From: Lachnospiraceae bacterium
Lineage (GTDB): Bacteria; Bacillota; Clostridia; Lachnospirales; Lachnospiraceae
Direction of reading: 5' to 3'
Assembly (NCBI GenBank): GCA_017618075.1
Contig: JAFZUY010000033.1
Span: forward strand, 2,822-66,821
Length of the DNA stretch: 64,000 bases
The notes below the pieces were generated by a model, which had not been told where the DNA came from, searched no databases, and worked only from the letters and a program-made list of their open reading frames with translations. This document shows, piece by piece, positions 1 to 8,695 of this stretch. The position numbers were made by a program, and so were the translations under genes. Positions within the stretch are counted from its first letter, which is position 1, and every line of letters starts with the position of its first letter.

Positions 1-1191
1 GTTATTGACGGTGATACACTTATACGTTATGAAGATGATGGGGTGACTACAGATATAGTTATACCTGAAGGTGTTAAAAAAATAAAATATGAAGTTTTTA
101 GAAATAATAAAACTATTAGGAGCGTTGTAATTCCTGAAGGTGTAGAAGATATTGGCCTGAAGGCATTTTCCGGATGTACCAATTTGGAGAACATTACTTT
201 TCCTTCAACTTTGAAATTTGTAAGAGGAGAACCTCAGACTTTTGAAGACAGTAAGTGGTATAAGAACCAGCCTAAAGGTCAGATTAAATGCGGCAATTAT
301 TTGTATTTTTATACCGGTGATGAAGAGGAAATTATTATTGATGACGGAATTGATATAATCGGAGCCAGAGTTTTTGCGGATAACAAGACAATTAAGAAAG
401 TATCAATGCCTGACAGCGTAAAGAAAATTCATGCCGATGCATTTAAAAACTGTGTTAATCTTGTGGATGTCAGATTGTCTTCGAAGCTTGACTTTATTTC
501 ATCATATGCATTTCAGAATTGTATAAGCCTGGAGGAAATTAAATTGCCGGGTGGCATGACCAGGTTTGCCAACGAAGTATTTATGGGCTGTGTTAACCTA
601 AAAGAGGTAATCTTCCCGGATACAATTGTCGAATTGCTGGGCGGCATATTTGATGGCTGTAAAAACCTTGAAAAAGTTCATCTTCCCGATAACGCGGAAG
701 GTGTTACTGACAGTTATATAAAATGGGATCATAAATTGGAAGGACGTATGTTCAGAGGCTGCGAAAAACTTCGTGAAGTGACTATCCCCAAGGGAATAAA
801 GAAAGTCCTTGAAGAAACCTTTGCAGGCTGTACATCCATTCAAAAGATTGTTGTTGAGAATCCTGATATGATGTTTGGACAGGATACCTTCGGAAAGAAA
901 GGCAAATATCCGGAAGCATTGTATGAAAATTCACCGGAGCTTCCGCTACATCTTTCTGACGGAGATATCAAGCAATACATTAATCTCGACAAAATGTCGG
1001 ACGATATGAAAGCCAAAATGTTCACTAAACGTCAAAGCAAATCCCTCGATCCTTTTTGGGAGAAGAGCGTAAACAAAGGCAATGCAAAGGCTATCGGCGA
1101 AAAGATTAATGAACTTAAAGCTACCAAACTATCTGCAAAAGAAAAGAAGAATGCGGATATGTTTTTTGAAAAGTATGGCGGTTTGATTTAG
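1..1191 (+). CDS. BspA-like leucine-rich repeat (LRR_5) protein, 5'-partial
   Basis: Repeated IPEGV..I...AF.GC..L..I.LP units. Frame 1 is open from base 1 (VIDGDTLIRYEDDG..), so the true start is probably upstream of the window. Confidence 0.85.
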   Translation, partial: VIDGDTLIRYEDDGVTTDIVIPEGVKKIKYEVFRNNKTIRSVVIPEGVEDIGLKAFSGCTNLENITFPSTLKFVRGEPQTFEDSKWYKNQPKGQIKCGNYLYFYTGDEEEIIIDDGIDIIGARVFADNKTIKKVSMPDSVKKIHADAFKNCVNLVDVRLSSKLDFISSYAFQNCISLEEIKLPGGMTRFANEVFMGCVNLKEVIFPDTIVELLGGIFDGCKNLEKVHLPDNAEGVTDSYIKWDHKLEGRMFRGCEKLREVTIPKGIKKVLEETFAGCTSIQKIVVENPDMMFGQDTFGKKGKYPEALYENSPELPLHLSDGDIKQYINLDKMSDDMKAKMFTKRQSKSLDPFWEKSVNKGNAKAIGEKINELKATKLSAKEKKNADMFFEKYGGLI

Positions 1192-1195
1192 AGTA

Positions 1196-1227
1196 AAAAT
1201 TACAGTTTTCCTAAACAGATTAGCTTT
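1196..1227 (+). repeat. 32-bp intergenic repeat, copy 1
   Basis: aaaattacagttttcctaaacagattagcttt, 28/32 identical to 2558-2589; starts just after the LRR stop codon. Confidence 0.8.
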
Positions 1228-1250
1228 CAGAATAACTGACAAATAGGTAA

Positions 1251-2132
1251 ATGAAAATGAATGGAACAATTTCAACAACTGTGGCCGTTAACGGATTTGA
1301 AGGAGTTTTATACTCAGGTGACGGAACAAAGAATAGAGTGATGATTGTCATGTCGGGATCTAATGGAGGAATGAAACTTACAAAAGCTGAGGCATTGTTC
1401 TATCAAAAAAACGGTATTCCTGCACTGGCACTTGCCTTATTCAAGACGAAACAGACCGGTGAATTTCTTGATCGAGTTCCTGTTGAATATGTTGAAAATG
1501 CTATAAAGTGGCTTAAAGAACAAGGCTATCAAAACATCGGGATAGATGGCATGTCAAAGGGAAGCGAAATGGCATTACTGGCTGCATCCATGTTTTCCGA
1601 AATATCCTGTGTGATAGCAAGAGTGCCTTCATACTTTGTAAGTGAAGGGTTGTCCGGGAAGGGCAAGAACAAAGGTCCGTCAGGAACATCGTGCTGGAGT
1701 TATAAGGGAGAAGAGATTCCGTATGCTCCGTATAATAAAAGATCCTTCGATATTCTTAAGATGTTCCGAGAGGAAAAGGAACTGCATATTATCAGGTTTA
1801 ATCGGGATAAAAAAGTCACACCTGAGACAGTCATCCCGGTGGAAAAGATCGAAGCCCCTATACTGTTGCTGTCTTCAAAAAGGGATGAGGTATGGCCGTC
1901 ATATGACAGCTCGTTATTTATAGAAAAACGGTTACGCGAAAATGGCTTTGCATATCCTGTAAAACATGTAGCATATGAATCGATGAGCCATGCTATGATA
2001 ACCAGGATCTCGTTTGGGATCAGGCTTGTATTCAAAACGGAACGTCAGAATGTAAAGGCGTGTGAAATTGAACGAAGCAAGATGGGCAAGGAACTGATTG
2101 AATGGGTAGATGCATGTTTTCAGGAAAAATGA
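1251..2132 (+). CDS. Acyl-CoA thioester hydrolase/BAAT-like alpha/beta hydrolase
   Basis: GMSKG nucleophile elbow (GxSxG), DEVWPS acid motif and a C-terminal His (SH). Confidence 0.8.
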   Translation: MKMNGTISTTVAVNGFEGVLYSGDGTKNRVMIVMSGSNGGMKLTKAEALFYQKNGIPALALALFKTKQTGEFLDRVPVEYVENAIKWLKEQGYQNIGIDGMSKGSEMALLAASMFSEISCVIARVPSYFVSEGLSGKGKNKGPSGTSCWSYKGEEIPYAPYNKRSFDILKMFREEKELHIIRFNRDKKVTPETVIPVEKIEAPILLLSSKRDEVWPSYDSSLFIEKRLRENGFAYPVKHVAYESMSHAMITRISFGIRLVFKTERQNVKACEIERSKMGKELIEWVDACFQEK

Positions 2133-2193
2133 TGGCGAATTATATTGGAAGATATTTCTGCATAACTGACTAAAGGAAGGATGATAAAACCAA

Positions 2194-2559
2194 ATGGAAC
2201 TGAAGACAATGGAGTATAATCTGTCTGTTTGTAAAGTGACAGATATATCGGATATAAATCTGACCTCGGATCTCTATTTTGTTGGAAAGACAGATGAAGA
2301 ACTATCTCTTGTATGCAAAACGGAAGATACTCCACAGAATACGACCGAGCGTGAAGATGGATGGAGAGGATTTCGTATTCAGGGAGTACTGGATTTCTCG
2401 ATGATTGGGATTCTGTCAAAACTGTCAGGTATCCTTGCAGAACATAAGATAGGGATTTTTGCTGTTTCAACCTACAACACGGATTATATCCTTGTGAAGG
2501 AAGAAAACTTTGAACGTTCGTTGGAAGTGCTGATTGCCGAAGGATATACGGTAATATAA
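2194..2559 (+). CDS. ACT domain-containing protein (ACT_7/CASTOR-like)
   Basis: KTDEELSLV and LDFSMIGILSKLSGILAEHKIGIFAVSTYNTDYILVK motifs. Confidence 0.85.
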   Translation: MELKTMEYNLSVCKVTDISDINLTSDLYFVGKTDEELSLVCKTEDTPQNTTEREDGWRGFRIQGVLDFSMIGILSKLSGILAEHKIGIFAVSTYNTDYILVKEENFERSLEVLIAEGYTVI

Positions 2560-2589
2560 AATTACAGTTTTGCTTAATAGATTATCTTT
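2558..2589 (+). repeat. 32-bp intergenic repeat, copy 2
   Basis: aaaattacagttttgcttaatagattatcttt, overlapping the TAA stop of the ACT gene. Confidence 0.8.
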
Positions 2590-2634
2590 TGGTTTTCCGT
2601 ACTAAGACTAATTCCTTGCTATGGAGGAAATAAT

Positions 2635-3678
2635 ATGAACACGGTTCATAAAAGAATAATTGATGCTATTTTGGAAAAGGAAAAGCAGGAATGCCCGGGA
2701 ACTCTGGATCTTTTGGGAATTTACGGATCGGTAAGCACCGGAGATGTGCATGAACACTCGGATTTGGATTTACTGGTTCTCATCAATGATTCCAAGGGAT
2801 ATATTCTTTCAAAAACATTTATTCTTGATGACGAAGAAATCGGTTACGACATTTACTGCACAAACTGGGAAATGCTGGAGAATGATGCGAAGTGTGGACA
2901 TGCTCATCTGAGTAAACTTATGGATTCCGAAGTGGTATATATTCGTGACGAGAGTGTGACTAAACGTCTTGAGGGCTTAAAAGATCAGGCCGGTAATATC
3001 CTGGGTTCTGAAAAACGTTTTGAAACAATTGCAAATATACGAGAAGAAATCTGCAAGATTTATGGACATGCTTTTCTGGCAGAGAACATAGGACAGCTCA
3101 GATGCTGGGCTGCATATATGATTAATTTATGCCTGGATGCGGTAATGCTTTGGAATGGAAATTATTATAAGCGAGGCATTAAGAGAACATTTGAGGAACT
3201 TAAAGGACTTGATGTGCCGAGCGATTTTGAAGCCAATATTATGAATATTGTTCAGGCAAAGGATTACACGGAACTTGGAAACGCACTTGGAACACTGTTT
3301 AAGTCGGTAATGCTATTTACCGAGCGAAAAACGGAAAAGAACGCGCCTTCTAAAGAAAGCTTGGCGGGAAGTTACGAAGAAATGTTTTCTAACTGGAAGA
3401 ACAAAATGCCGGAAGCAACAGAGCGCGGTGATGTGTTTTCTTCTTTTATGAATCTTTCATCACTACAGTATATGTTTGAGGGGATTGGGTCAGAAAACAA
3501 TATTTCCGGTTTTAATGTAATGGAAGAGTTTGATGCTGCCAACCTTGCGAAGAATGCTCAGATATTTGATAAGGCTCTGGAAGACTATCTTCAGGAATAC
3601 GTAAAGCTTGGCATGGAGCCGGTGCGTTATGATGATGTTGATAACTTTGTGAAAGATTATTTTGATAAAACGTTCTAA
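2635..3678 (+). CDS. Pol-beta superfamily nucleotidyltransferase (KNTase-like architecture)
   Basis: YGSVSTGDVHEHSDLDL (GS..DxD) motif followed by a helical C-terminal region; GGAGG RBS. Confidence 0.75.
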   Translation: MNTVHKRIIDAILEKEKQECPGTLDLLGIYGSVSTGDVHEHSDLDLLVLINDSKGYILSKTFILDDEEIGYDIYCTNWEMLENDAKCGHAHLSKLMDSEVVYIRDESVTKRLEGLKDQAGNILGSEKRFETIANIREEICKIYGHAFLAENIGQLRCWAAYMINLCLDAVMLWNGNYYKRGIKRTFEELKGLDVPSDFEANIMNIVQAKDYTELGNALGTLFKSVMLFTERKTEKNAPSKESLAGSYEEMFSNWKNKMPEATERGDVFSSFMNLSSLQYMFEGIGSENNISGFNVMEEFDAANLAKNAQIFDKALEDYLQEYVKLGMEPVRYDDVDNFVKDYFDKTF

Positions 3679-3692
3679 AGGCAGTGATGATT

Positions 3693-3895
3693 ATGGCATC
3701 AGTCAAAGAATACCTTGATTTTGTCTTTATAAACAAGTTGCCAATTCTTCGAAACCATCTTTCGCAGAGAAAACCGAAGAGAAACATCGCCTTATAATTG
3801 TAACAAACGAGGAAGAACGAACAATTACTAAAAACGGCGTGACAATAGAAGTAATACCTGCTTACAAATTTATTTTAGATACAAAAATGACATAA
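3693..3895 (+). pseudogene. Fused gene remnants: TfoX-like N-terminus plus AAA ATPase (DUF4143-type) C-terminus
   Basis: ATG at 3693 gives MASVKEYLDFV.. (stop at 3797). Another frame reads ..RLIIVTNEEERTITKNGVTIEVIPAYKFIL.. (stop at 3895) with no start codon. Family calls are from recalled motifs. Confidence 0.5.
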
Positions 3896-3929
3896 GTGTT
3901 AGCATACCAATAAGAAGGAAATAATTATC

Positions 3930-4454
3930 ATGGTAATTATTATTACAGGAGCGTCTCATACCGGAAAAACTATTCTTTCTCAAAGAATGTTAGAAAAATA
4001 CAAATATCCGTATGTTTCGATTGATCATTTAAAAATGGGATTAATCAGAAGCGGTAATACGAAATTAACTCCGATGGATGATGATAAAATGACGGAATAT
4101 CTATGGCCTATAGTGTCAGAGATGATTAAAACAGCGATAGAAAATAAGCAGAATCTCATTGTTGAGGGGTGTTATATCCCTTTTGATTGGAAAAAGAGTT
4201 TTTCTTCAAATTATTTAAATGAAATCAGATTAATATGCTTGGCAATGACAGATGAGTATATCGAGAACAACTTTGAAGATATATTAAATCACGCATCCGA
4301 CATTGAAAACAGATTGGATGATTCGGATTGCAATGTGGATTGGATAAAAAAAGAAAATCAAAGTTTCATAGATGGTTTTAAGGACGATGCGCAGGACATC
4401 ATTTTAATAAAAGATGATTACGAAAATACTATAAACAGTATATTTAATGACTGA
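3930..4454 (+). CDS. P-loop kinase/AAA family protein (2-phosphoglycerate/adenylate kinase-like)
   Basis: Walker A GASHTGKT; LIVEG Walker B-like motif. Confidence 0.75.
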   Translation: MVIIITGASHTGKTILSQRMLEKYKYPYVSIDHLKMGLIRSGNTKLTPMDDDKMTEYLWPIVSEMIKTAIENKQNLIVEGCYIPFDWKKSFSSNYLNEIRLICLAMTDEYIENNFEDILNHASDIENRLDDSDCNVDWIKKENQSFIDGFKDDAQDIILIKDDYENTINSIFND

Positions 4455-4526
4455 GGTGTTTATGGTAAAGGAACTGTAAAAAAGAGATGACACATTAGGA
4501 CGATAGAATTTAGGCAGGGGTATAAT

Positions 4527-4943
4527 ATGTCTTTTATAATTGAACGAACCGAAGACGAAGACGGAGTAATCGGAGAACTTGTAGGTGAAGAATTCACCAA
4601 ATTTGCCTTGAAAAAAGGTATAGATACGGCATATGTCAGCTACTGCTTTGTAGCAAAAGACGGAGATAAAATAGCAGGTGCTATCCAGGGGCATGCCTAC
4701 TACAAAGAGGTCCATATCGGAGATCTGATTGTCTTGGAAGAGTATCGCAAATCCGGTGTCGGTTCCATGCTTGTGAGGGCAGTGGAAGAGGCTTTCAAAG
4801 ACGATAACAGAGAGCAGATTAATCTTACGACTTACGGATTCCAGGCTCTTGAGTTTTATAAAAAACTCGGATACGAAGTGGAATATGTGCGTGAAAACAA
4901 AGATGAAAATCTAACCAAGTATTTTCTCATAAAATACATATGA
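4527..4943 (+). CDS. GNAT family N-acetyltransferase
   Basis: VLEEYRKSGVGSML acetyl-CoA motif and FQALEFYKKLGY. Confidence 0.9.
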   Translation: MSFIIERTEDEDGVIGELVGEEFTKFALKKGIDTAYVSYCFVAKDGDKIAGAIQGHAYYKEVHIGDLIVLEEYRKSGVGSMLVRAVEEAFKDDNREQINLTTYGFQALEFYKKLGYEVEYVRENKDENLTKYFLIKYI

Positions 4944-5043
4944 GATGGATAACTAAAAGTTACCTGACAAAACTTCGCAAACGAGGAAATGTACCTTTTA
5001 CGAATTTCGTCCATAATGGACGTGTAAGCAGGAGGACGAAAGC

Positions 5044-5940
5044 ATGGAATGGATTGAAGCATTACAAACAGCTATCACGTATATGGAAGAGCATCTTCTC
5101 GAGGAGATCAACTATGAAGACGTAGCGAAGCAGGTGCACACGTCAAGCTACGAGTTTCACAGAGCTTTCAGTTTCGTGACGGGCTTAACGGCCAACGCAT
5201 ATATAAGAAACCGCCGTTTATCTTTGGCGGGAAGAGAACTTGTGGAGACCGATGCAAAAATCACTGATCTGGCATTGAAGTATGGCTACGAAACACCGGA
5301 AAGTTTTACGAAAGCTTTTACGAGGTTTCATGGTGTCGCTCCTAAAACAGCCAGAGAAGAAGCCGGCAAACTGACGCTTTTCAATCCGCTTACGATTACA
5401 TTATCTGTGAAAGGTGGTAAGAGTATGGATTACCGTATTGTTCAAACAAAAGAAAAGAAATTTATTGCTCTGGTAAGAGAGTTCAGTAACGAGATAATTA
5501 ACGACGAGGCCAACCACGAAGTGGCTGATTTTTGGGGAGAGTGTAACAGCAAACAGATGCTTTCTCCAATCTGGATGTTAAGAGAAGATGGAAAGCGTGA
5601 CCTTTATGGTCTTTGCAGTCCTACACAGGAAGGAAAGGATACCTTCGAATACGGCATCGGAATCATTGTCGACGAGGATACCGCAGATTTCGATGAAGAG
5701 GATTTGGAGAAGAAGGGCTTTAGCATTTGGGACGTTAATCCCGGAACATATGTAGTCTTTGAATGTGTGGGAGAAGACGGTGACTGTATAGCGAAGACCT
5801 GGACTAAGTTCTATAAGGAGTTTCTGCCTCAGATGGGCTACGAGGCTTCCGAAGAGACTGATTACGAACTTTACTTCGACGGGACCAGACCGGATATATT
5901 CTGCGAGCTTTGGATTCCTATTAAAAAGAAATATAATTAA
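5044..5940 (+). CDS. AraC family regulator with GyrI-like effector domain
   Basis: N-terminal AraC HTH (ALKYGYETPESFTKAFTRFHG) and C-terminal GyrI-like CELWIPI. Confidence 0.9.
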   Translation: MEWIEALQTAITYMEEHLLEEINYEDVAKQVHTSSYEFHRAFSFVTGLTANAYIRNRRLSLAGRELVETDAKITDLALKYGYETPESFTKAFTRFHGVAPKTAREEAGKLTLFNPLTITLSVKGGKSMDYRIVQTKEKKFIALVREFSNEIINDEANHEVADFWGECNSKQMLSPIWMLREDGKRDLYGLCSPTQEGKDTFEYGIGIIVDEDTADFDEEDLEKKGFSIWDVNPGTYVVFECVGEDGDCIAKTWTKFYKEFLPQMGYEASEETDYELYFDGTRPDIFCELWIPIKKKYN

Positions 5941-5956
5941 GGATAAAAGACACACA

Positions 5957-6895
5957 ATGTATAACGGACTTATAAATGTATACAAGGAGCCCGGCTTCAC
6001 TTCTATGGATGCGGTGGCGGTGCTAAGAGGTATATTAAAACAAAAGAAAATAGGACATACAGGAACGCTCGACCCCGCAGCCGAGGGTGTACTGATGGTG
6101 TGCCTTGGAAATGCCACGAAACTTTGCACATTTCTTGAAGATAAGGATAAGGAATATGAGTGCAGAATGTTGCTTGGAGTGACGACCGACACGGAAGATA
6201 CAACCGGAACCGTATTGGAGAAAAAGGATGTTGATTGCAACGAAGAAGAAATAGTTGAGGCAATTAAATCTTTTTTAGGAGATATCAAGCAGATTCCGCC
6301 TATGTACTCTGCGCTAAAAAAAGACGGCAAGAAACTCTATGAACTTGCAAGAGAAGGAAAAGTAATCGAGCGCGAAGCGAGAGATATTAAAATATTCCGC
6401 ATCGACATAAAAGAGATTAACATTCCGTATGTAACATTCACAGTTCATTGCTCGAAGGGAACATATATCAGATCTCTTTGCAGGGATATAGGCGAAAAAC
6501 TTGGATGTGGCGGGTGCATGGACCATCTTAAAAGAACCAAGGTTTCTTTCTTTGAAGAAAAGGATTCGCTTAAGTTGTCAGATATTGAAGCGTTGGCTAA
6601 AGAAGGCAAGATAGATGATTTTATTCTCCCCACAAGCGATGTTTTTAAAGATCTTTCATCAATCTTTGTTAAAGAAGAAAGCAGCAAGATAATAGAGAAC
6701 GGAAATTCTTTATTGTGGAGCAATATAGTCAAGATTGTTTGTGATGACATGACGGAAAAAGATACCGTGGAATTAAAATCCAAGGTTAATGATATGCAGA
6801 TGTTTAAAGTATACACGTCCGCAAATAAATTTATCGCAGTATATAAATACGACGCGGGAGAAGACATTTTCAAATGCGAGAAGATGTTTCTGTAG
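5957..6895 (+). CDS. truB: tRNA pseudouridine(55) synthase
   Basis: KIGHTGTLDP catalytic motif, QIPPMYSA, CSKGTYIRSL. Confidence 0.97.
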   Translation: MYNGLINVYKEPGFTSMDAVAVLRGILKQKKIGHTGTLDPAAEGVLMVCLGNATKLCTFLEDKDKEYECRMLLGVTTDTEDTTGTVLEKKDVDCNEEEIVEAIKSFLGDIKQIPPMYSALKKDGKKLYELAREGKVIEREARDIKIFRIDIKEINIPYVTFTVHCSKGTYIRSLCRDIGEKLGCGGCMDHLKRTKVSFFEEKDSLKLSDIEALAKEGKIDDFILPTSDVFKDLSSIFVKEESSKIIENGNSLLWSNIVKIVCDDMTEKDTVELKSKVNDMQMFKVYTSANKFIAVYKYDAGEDIFKCEKMFL

Positions 6896-6935
6896 TGAAG
6901 ATCATTGGTTTTGGCAGATTATCGGAGGACTTAAA

Positions 6936-7061
6936 ATGATTATGAAAAACAGTATGAAAAAGTTGATAAGTTTAGCCGTTTTTGCATTTTCTGTATTTTG
7001 TCTTTCAGCATGTAATGGTAATACAAACTATACCGACCCCTGCATCTTTTTTTATCATTGA
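6936..7061 (+). pseudogene. Truncated lipoprotein (signal peptide only, 41 aa)
   Basis: GGAGG RBS; MKKLISLAVFAFSVFCLSAC lipobox, then a stop 15 residues after the Cys, inside the vapBC -35 box. Confidence 0.45.
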
Positions 7062-7087
7062 CAAAAGTATATACAGAAGTATATACT
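7058..7087 (+). promoter_or_regulatory. vapBC promoter with two palindromic operators
   Basis: TTGACA (7058), 18 nt, TATACT (7082). GTATATAC palindromes at 7067-7074 and 7079-7086. Confidence 0.75.
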
Positions 7088-7107
7088 AATAAAAAAGGAG
7101 GTGTAGT

Positions 7108-7341
7108 ATGGATTGTGCAAAAGTATTTACAAATGGCGGAAGCCAGGCAATTCGTCTTCCCAAAACATGTCGTTTTGATACGGATGAAGTATTGATAAAC
7201 AGAATAGGGAATATTGTTATTCTTTGCCCAAAGGAGAATAAATGGGAAAGCATGTTATCGAGTCTGGATTATTTTACAGATGATTTTCTGATTGAAACAA
7301 TTCCTTCGCTGCCGTTAGAGAGTAGGGAGGAAATTAAATGA
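7108..7341 (+). CDS. vapB: VapB antitoxin (AbrB/MazE-type DNA-binding domain)
   Basis: AKVFTNGGSQAIRLPK swapped-hairpin motif; overlaps the downstream PIN gene by 4 nt. Confidence 0.9.
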   Translation: MDCAKVFTNGGSQAIRLPKTCRFDTDEVLINRIGNIVILCPKENKWESMLSSLDYFTDDFLIETIPSLPLESREEIK

Positions 7342-7742
7342 TAAAATATATGCTGGATACTAATATTATTGCGTATGCTATTAATAAAAGTTCTCCGGAA
7401 GTTATATCGAATCTTATGAAACATAATCCTGAGGAAATATGCATATCAGCGATAACTATGGCGGAGCTGGAATATGGTATTATGCATAGTTCTCAACCTG
7501 AAAGAAACCGTGCCGCACTTATGATGTTTTTAGCAGAAATTTCGGTTGTTTCATTTGATTCGAATGCAGCTTATGATTATGGGGTAATAAGACAGGATTT
7601 GCAGAATAAAGGGCAACTGATTGGGGCTAATGATATGCTAATTGCAGCACAGGCAAGATCCCTGGGTGTTACTCTTGTGACGCATAATGTCAGAGAATTT
7701 TCTCGCGTTGAGAATCTTAAATATGAAGACTGGTGCGAGTAA
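7338..7742 (+). CDS. vapC: VapC PIN-domain toxin
   Basis: YMLDTNI, ELEYG, IGANDMLIAAQA and LVTHNVREF PIN motifs. Confidence 0.93.
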   Translation: MIKYMLDTNIIAYAINKSSPEVISNLMKHNPEEICISAITMAELEYGIMHSSQPERNRAALMMFLAEISVVSFDSNAAYDYGVIRQDLQNKGQLIGANDMLIAAQARSLGVTLVTHNVREFSRVENLKYEDWCE

Positions 7743-7747
7743 AGCGT

Positions 7748-8551
7748 TTATCGATTGGCATTTCTATAAGCATAGAAAATATACTGTTGAATGACACCAT
7801 TGTAAGGCTCATAGATTTTATAATCGAAACCTTTTGGAAAATGTTCTGCCAACGCACGGTTGATCCACACATCTTTGGGAAAGAAGTTGAGGCGGTGGAA
7901 ACCGAATAAAGCAATGCAGGAAGCCACTTTGTCGCCGACGCCCTTCATTTTTTTAAGTTCTTCTAATAGTTTTTCATCGTCATTAATCTTTTCAAGAGTC
8001 TTAAAGTAATTCAAATCTGAATTAACTTTCTCAGCAACTTCAAGAATATAAGGCAATCTATATCCGAGACCGCATTCCGCCAACTTATTTATTGGTGTAG
8101 CAAGTATCTGCATTGGTGTAGGAAATGCATAATTTTCATCATCGATTTTATCTCCACAGAGTTCACAGAGTCTTTCAATCGAAGTTTTAATTGCGGGAAT
8201 ACTTTTTCTTTGAGAGATGATAAAAGAAACGACCATTTCCCATTTGTCCTGATTTAATATTCGCATACCTACGGATTGCTCTGCACAGGCACATAAAAAG
8301 GCGTTGTCTTTTACGGACTTTCTGATGGATGAATAATTTGTATCAAGGTCGAAATATTTATGCCATATCTTTTTAAAATCATCCGAAGTGCAGTCAAAAT
8401 CAAAAGTGTTTTTGCCCATTTCTTTTATGATCAAAACTTTTCCGTGGGCAACCACTTTGTAAATATCTTTTTCTATTCTGTTAAATCTGAAGCACTGGCC
8501 GCTTTCGGCGATAACGCTTAGATTAAAATCGTCCTCAAAAGTCTTTTTCAT
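7748..8551 (-). CDS. 8-oxoguanine/alkylbase DNA glycosylase (HhH-GPD, OGG1-like)
   Basis: SGQCFR, GLGYR, HhH LKKMKGVGDKVASCIALFG, FPKDVW. Start moved to ATG 8551, which has a GAGG RBS. Confidence 0.88.
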   Translation of the reverse strand: MKKTFEDDFNLSVIAESGQCFRFNRIEKDIYKVVAHGKVLIIKEMGKNTFDFDCTSDDFKKIWHKYFDLDTNYSSIRKSVKDNAFLCACAEQSVGMRILNQDKWEMVVSFIISQRKSIPAIKTSIERLCELCGDKIDDENYAFPTPMQILATPINKLAECGLGYRLPYILEVAEKVNSDLNYFKTLEKINDDEKLLEELKKMKGVGDKVASCIALFGFHRLNFFPKDVWINRALAEHFPKGFDYKIYEPYNGVIQQYIFYAYRNANR

Positions 8552-8639
8552 GATGTTTTCCTCATTTACATACAAAATTTTAGATGAGTATCTTTCTTTT
8601 TTCAAGAACAAGAAATATATATTTTTTCGCTATGGGCTA

Positions 8640-8648
8640 TGGTATAAT
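8640..8648 (+). promoter_or_regulatory. Extended -10 promoter for the nuclease/ATPase operon
   Basis: TGgTATAAT about 50 nt upstream of ATG 8696. Confidence 0.55.
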
Positions 8649-8695
8649 TAATCGTGTGCGGATTAAAGATTTAAAAGAAAAAAAAGGAGAAAAAA

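Noticed and set aside
1196-2589. Intergenic repeats as a CRISPR array or classical attC sites
   Set aside because: Only two copies about 1.36 kb apart with whole genes between them, no cas genes, and no RYYYAAC..GTTRRRY hairpin.
4468-4482. Reverse partial match (aactgtaa) to the TTACAGTT core
   Set aside because: Only 8 bp in AT-rich DNA, in the opposite orientation, and lacking the second block.
5578-6873. Antisense ORFs of 250 and 142 aa over AraC/truB
   Set aside because: They fully overlap well-supported genes and have no recognisable domain.
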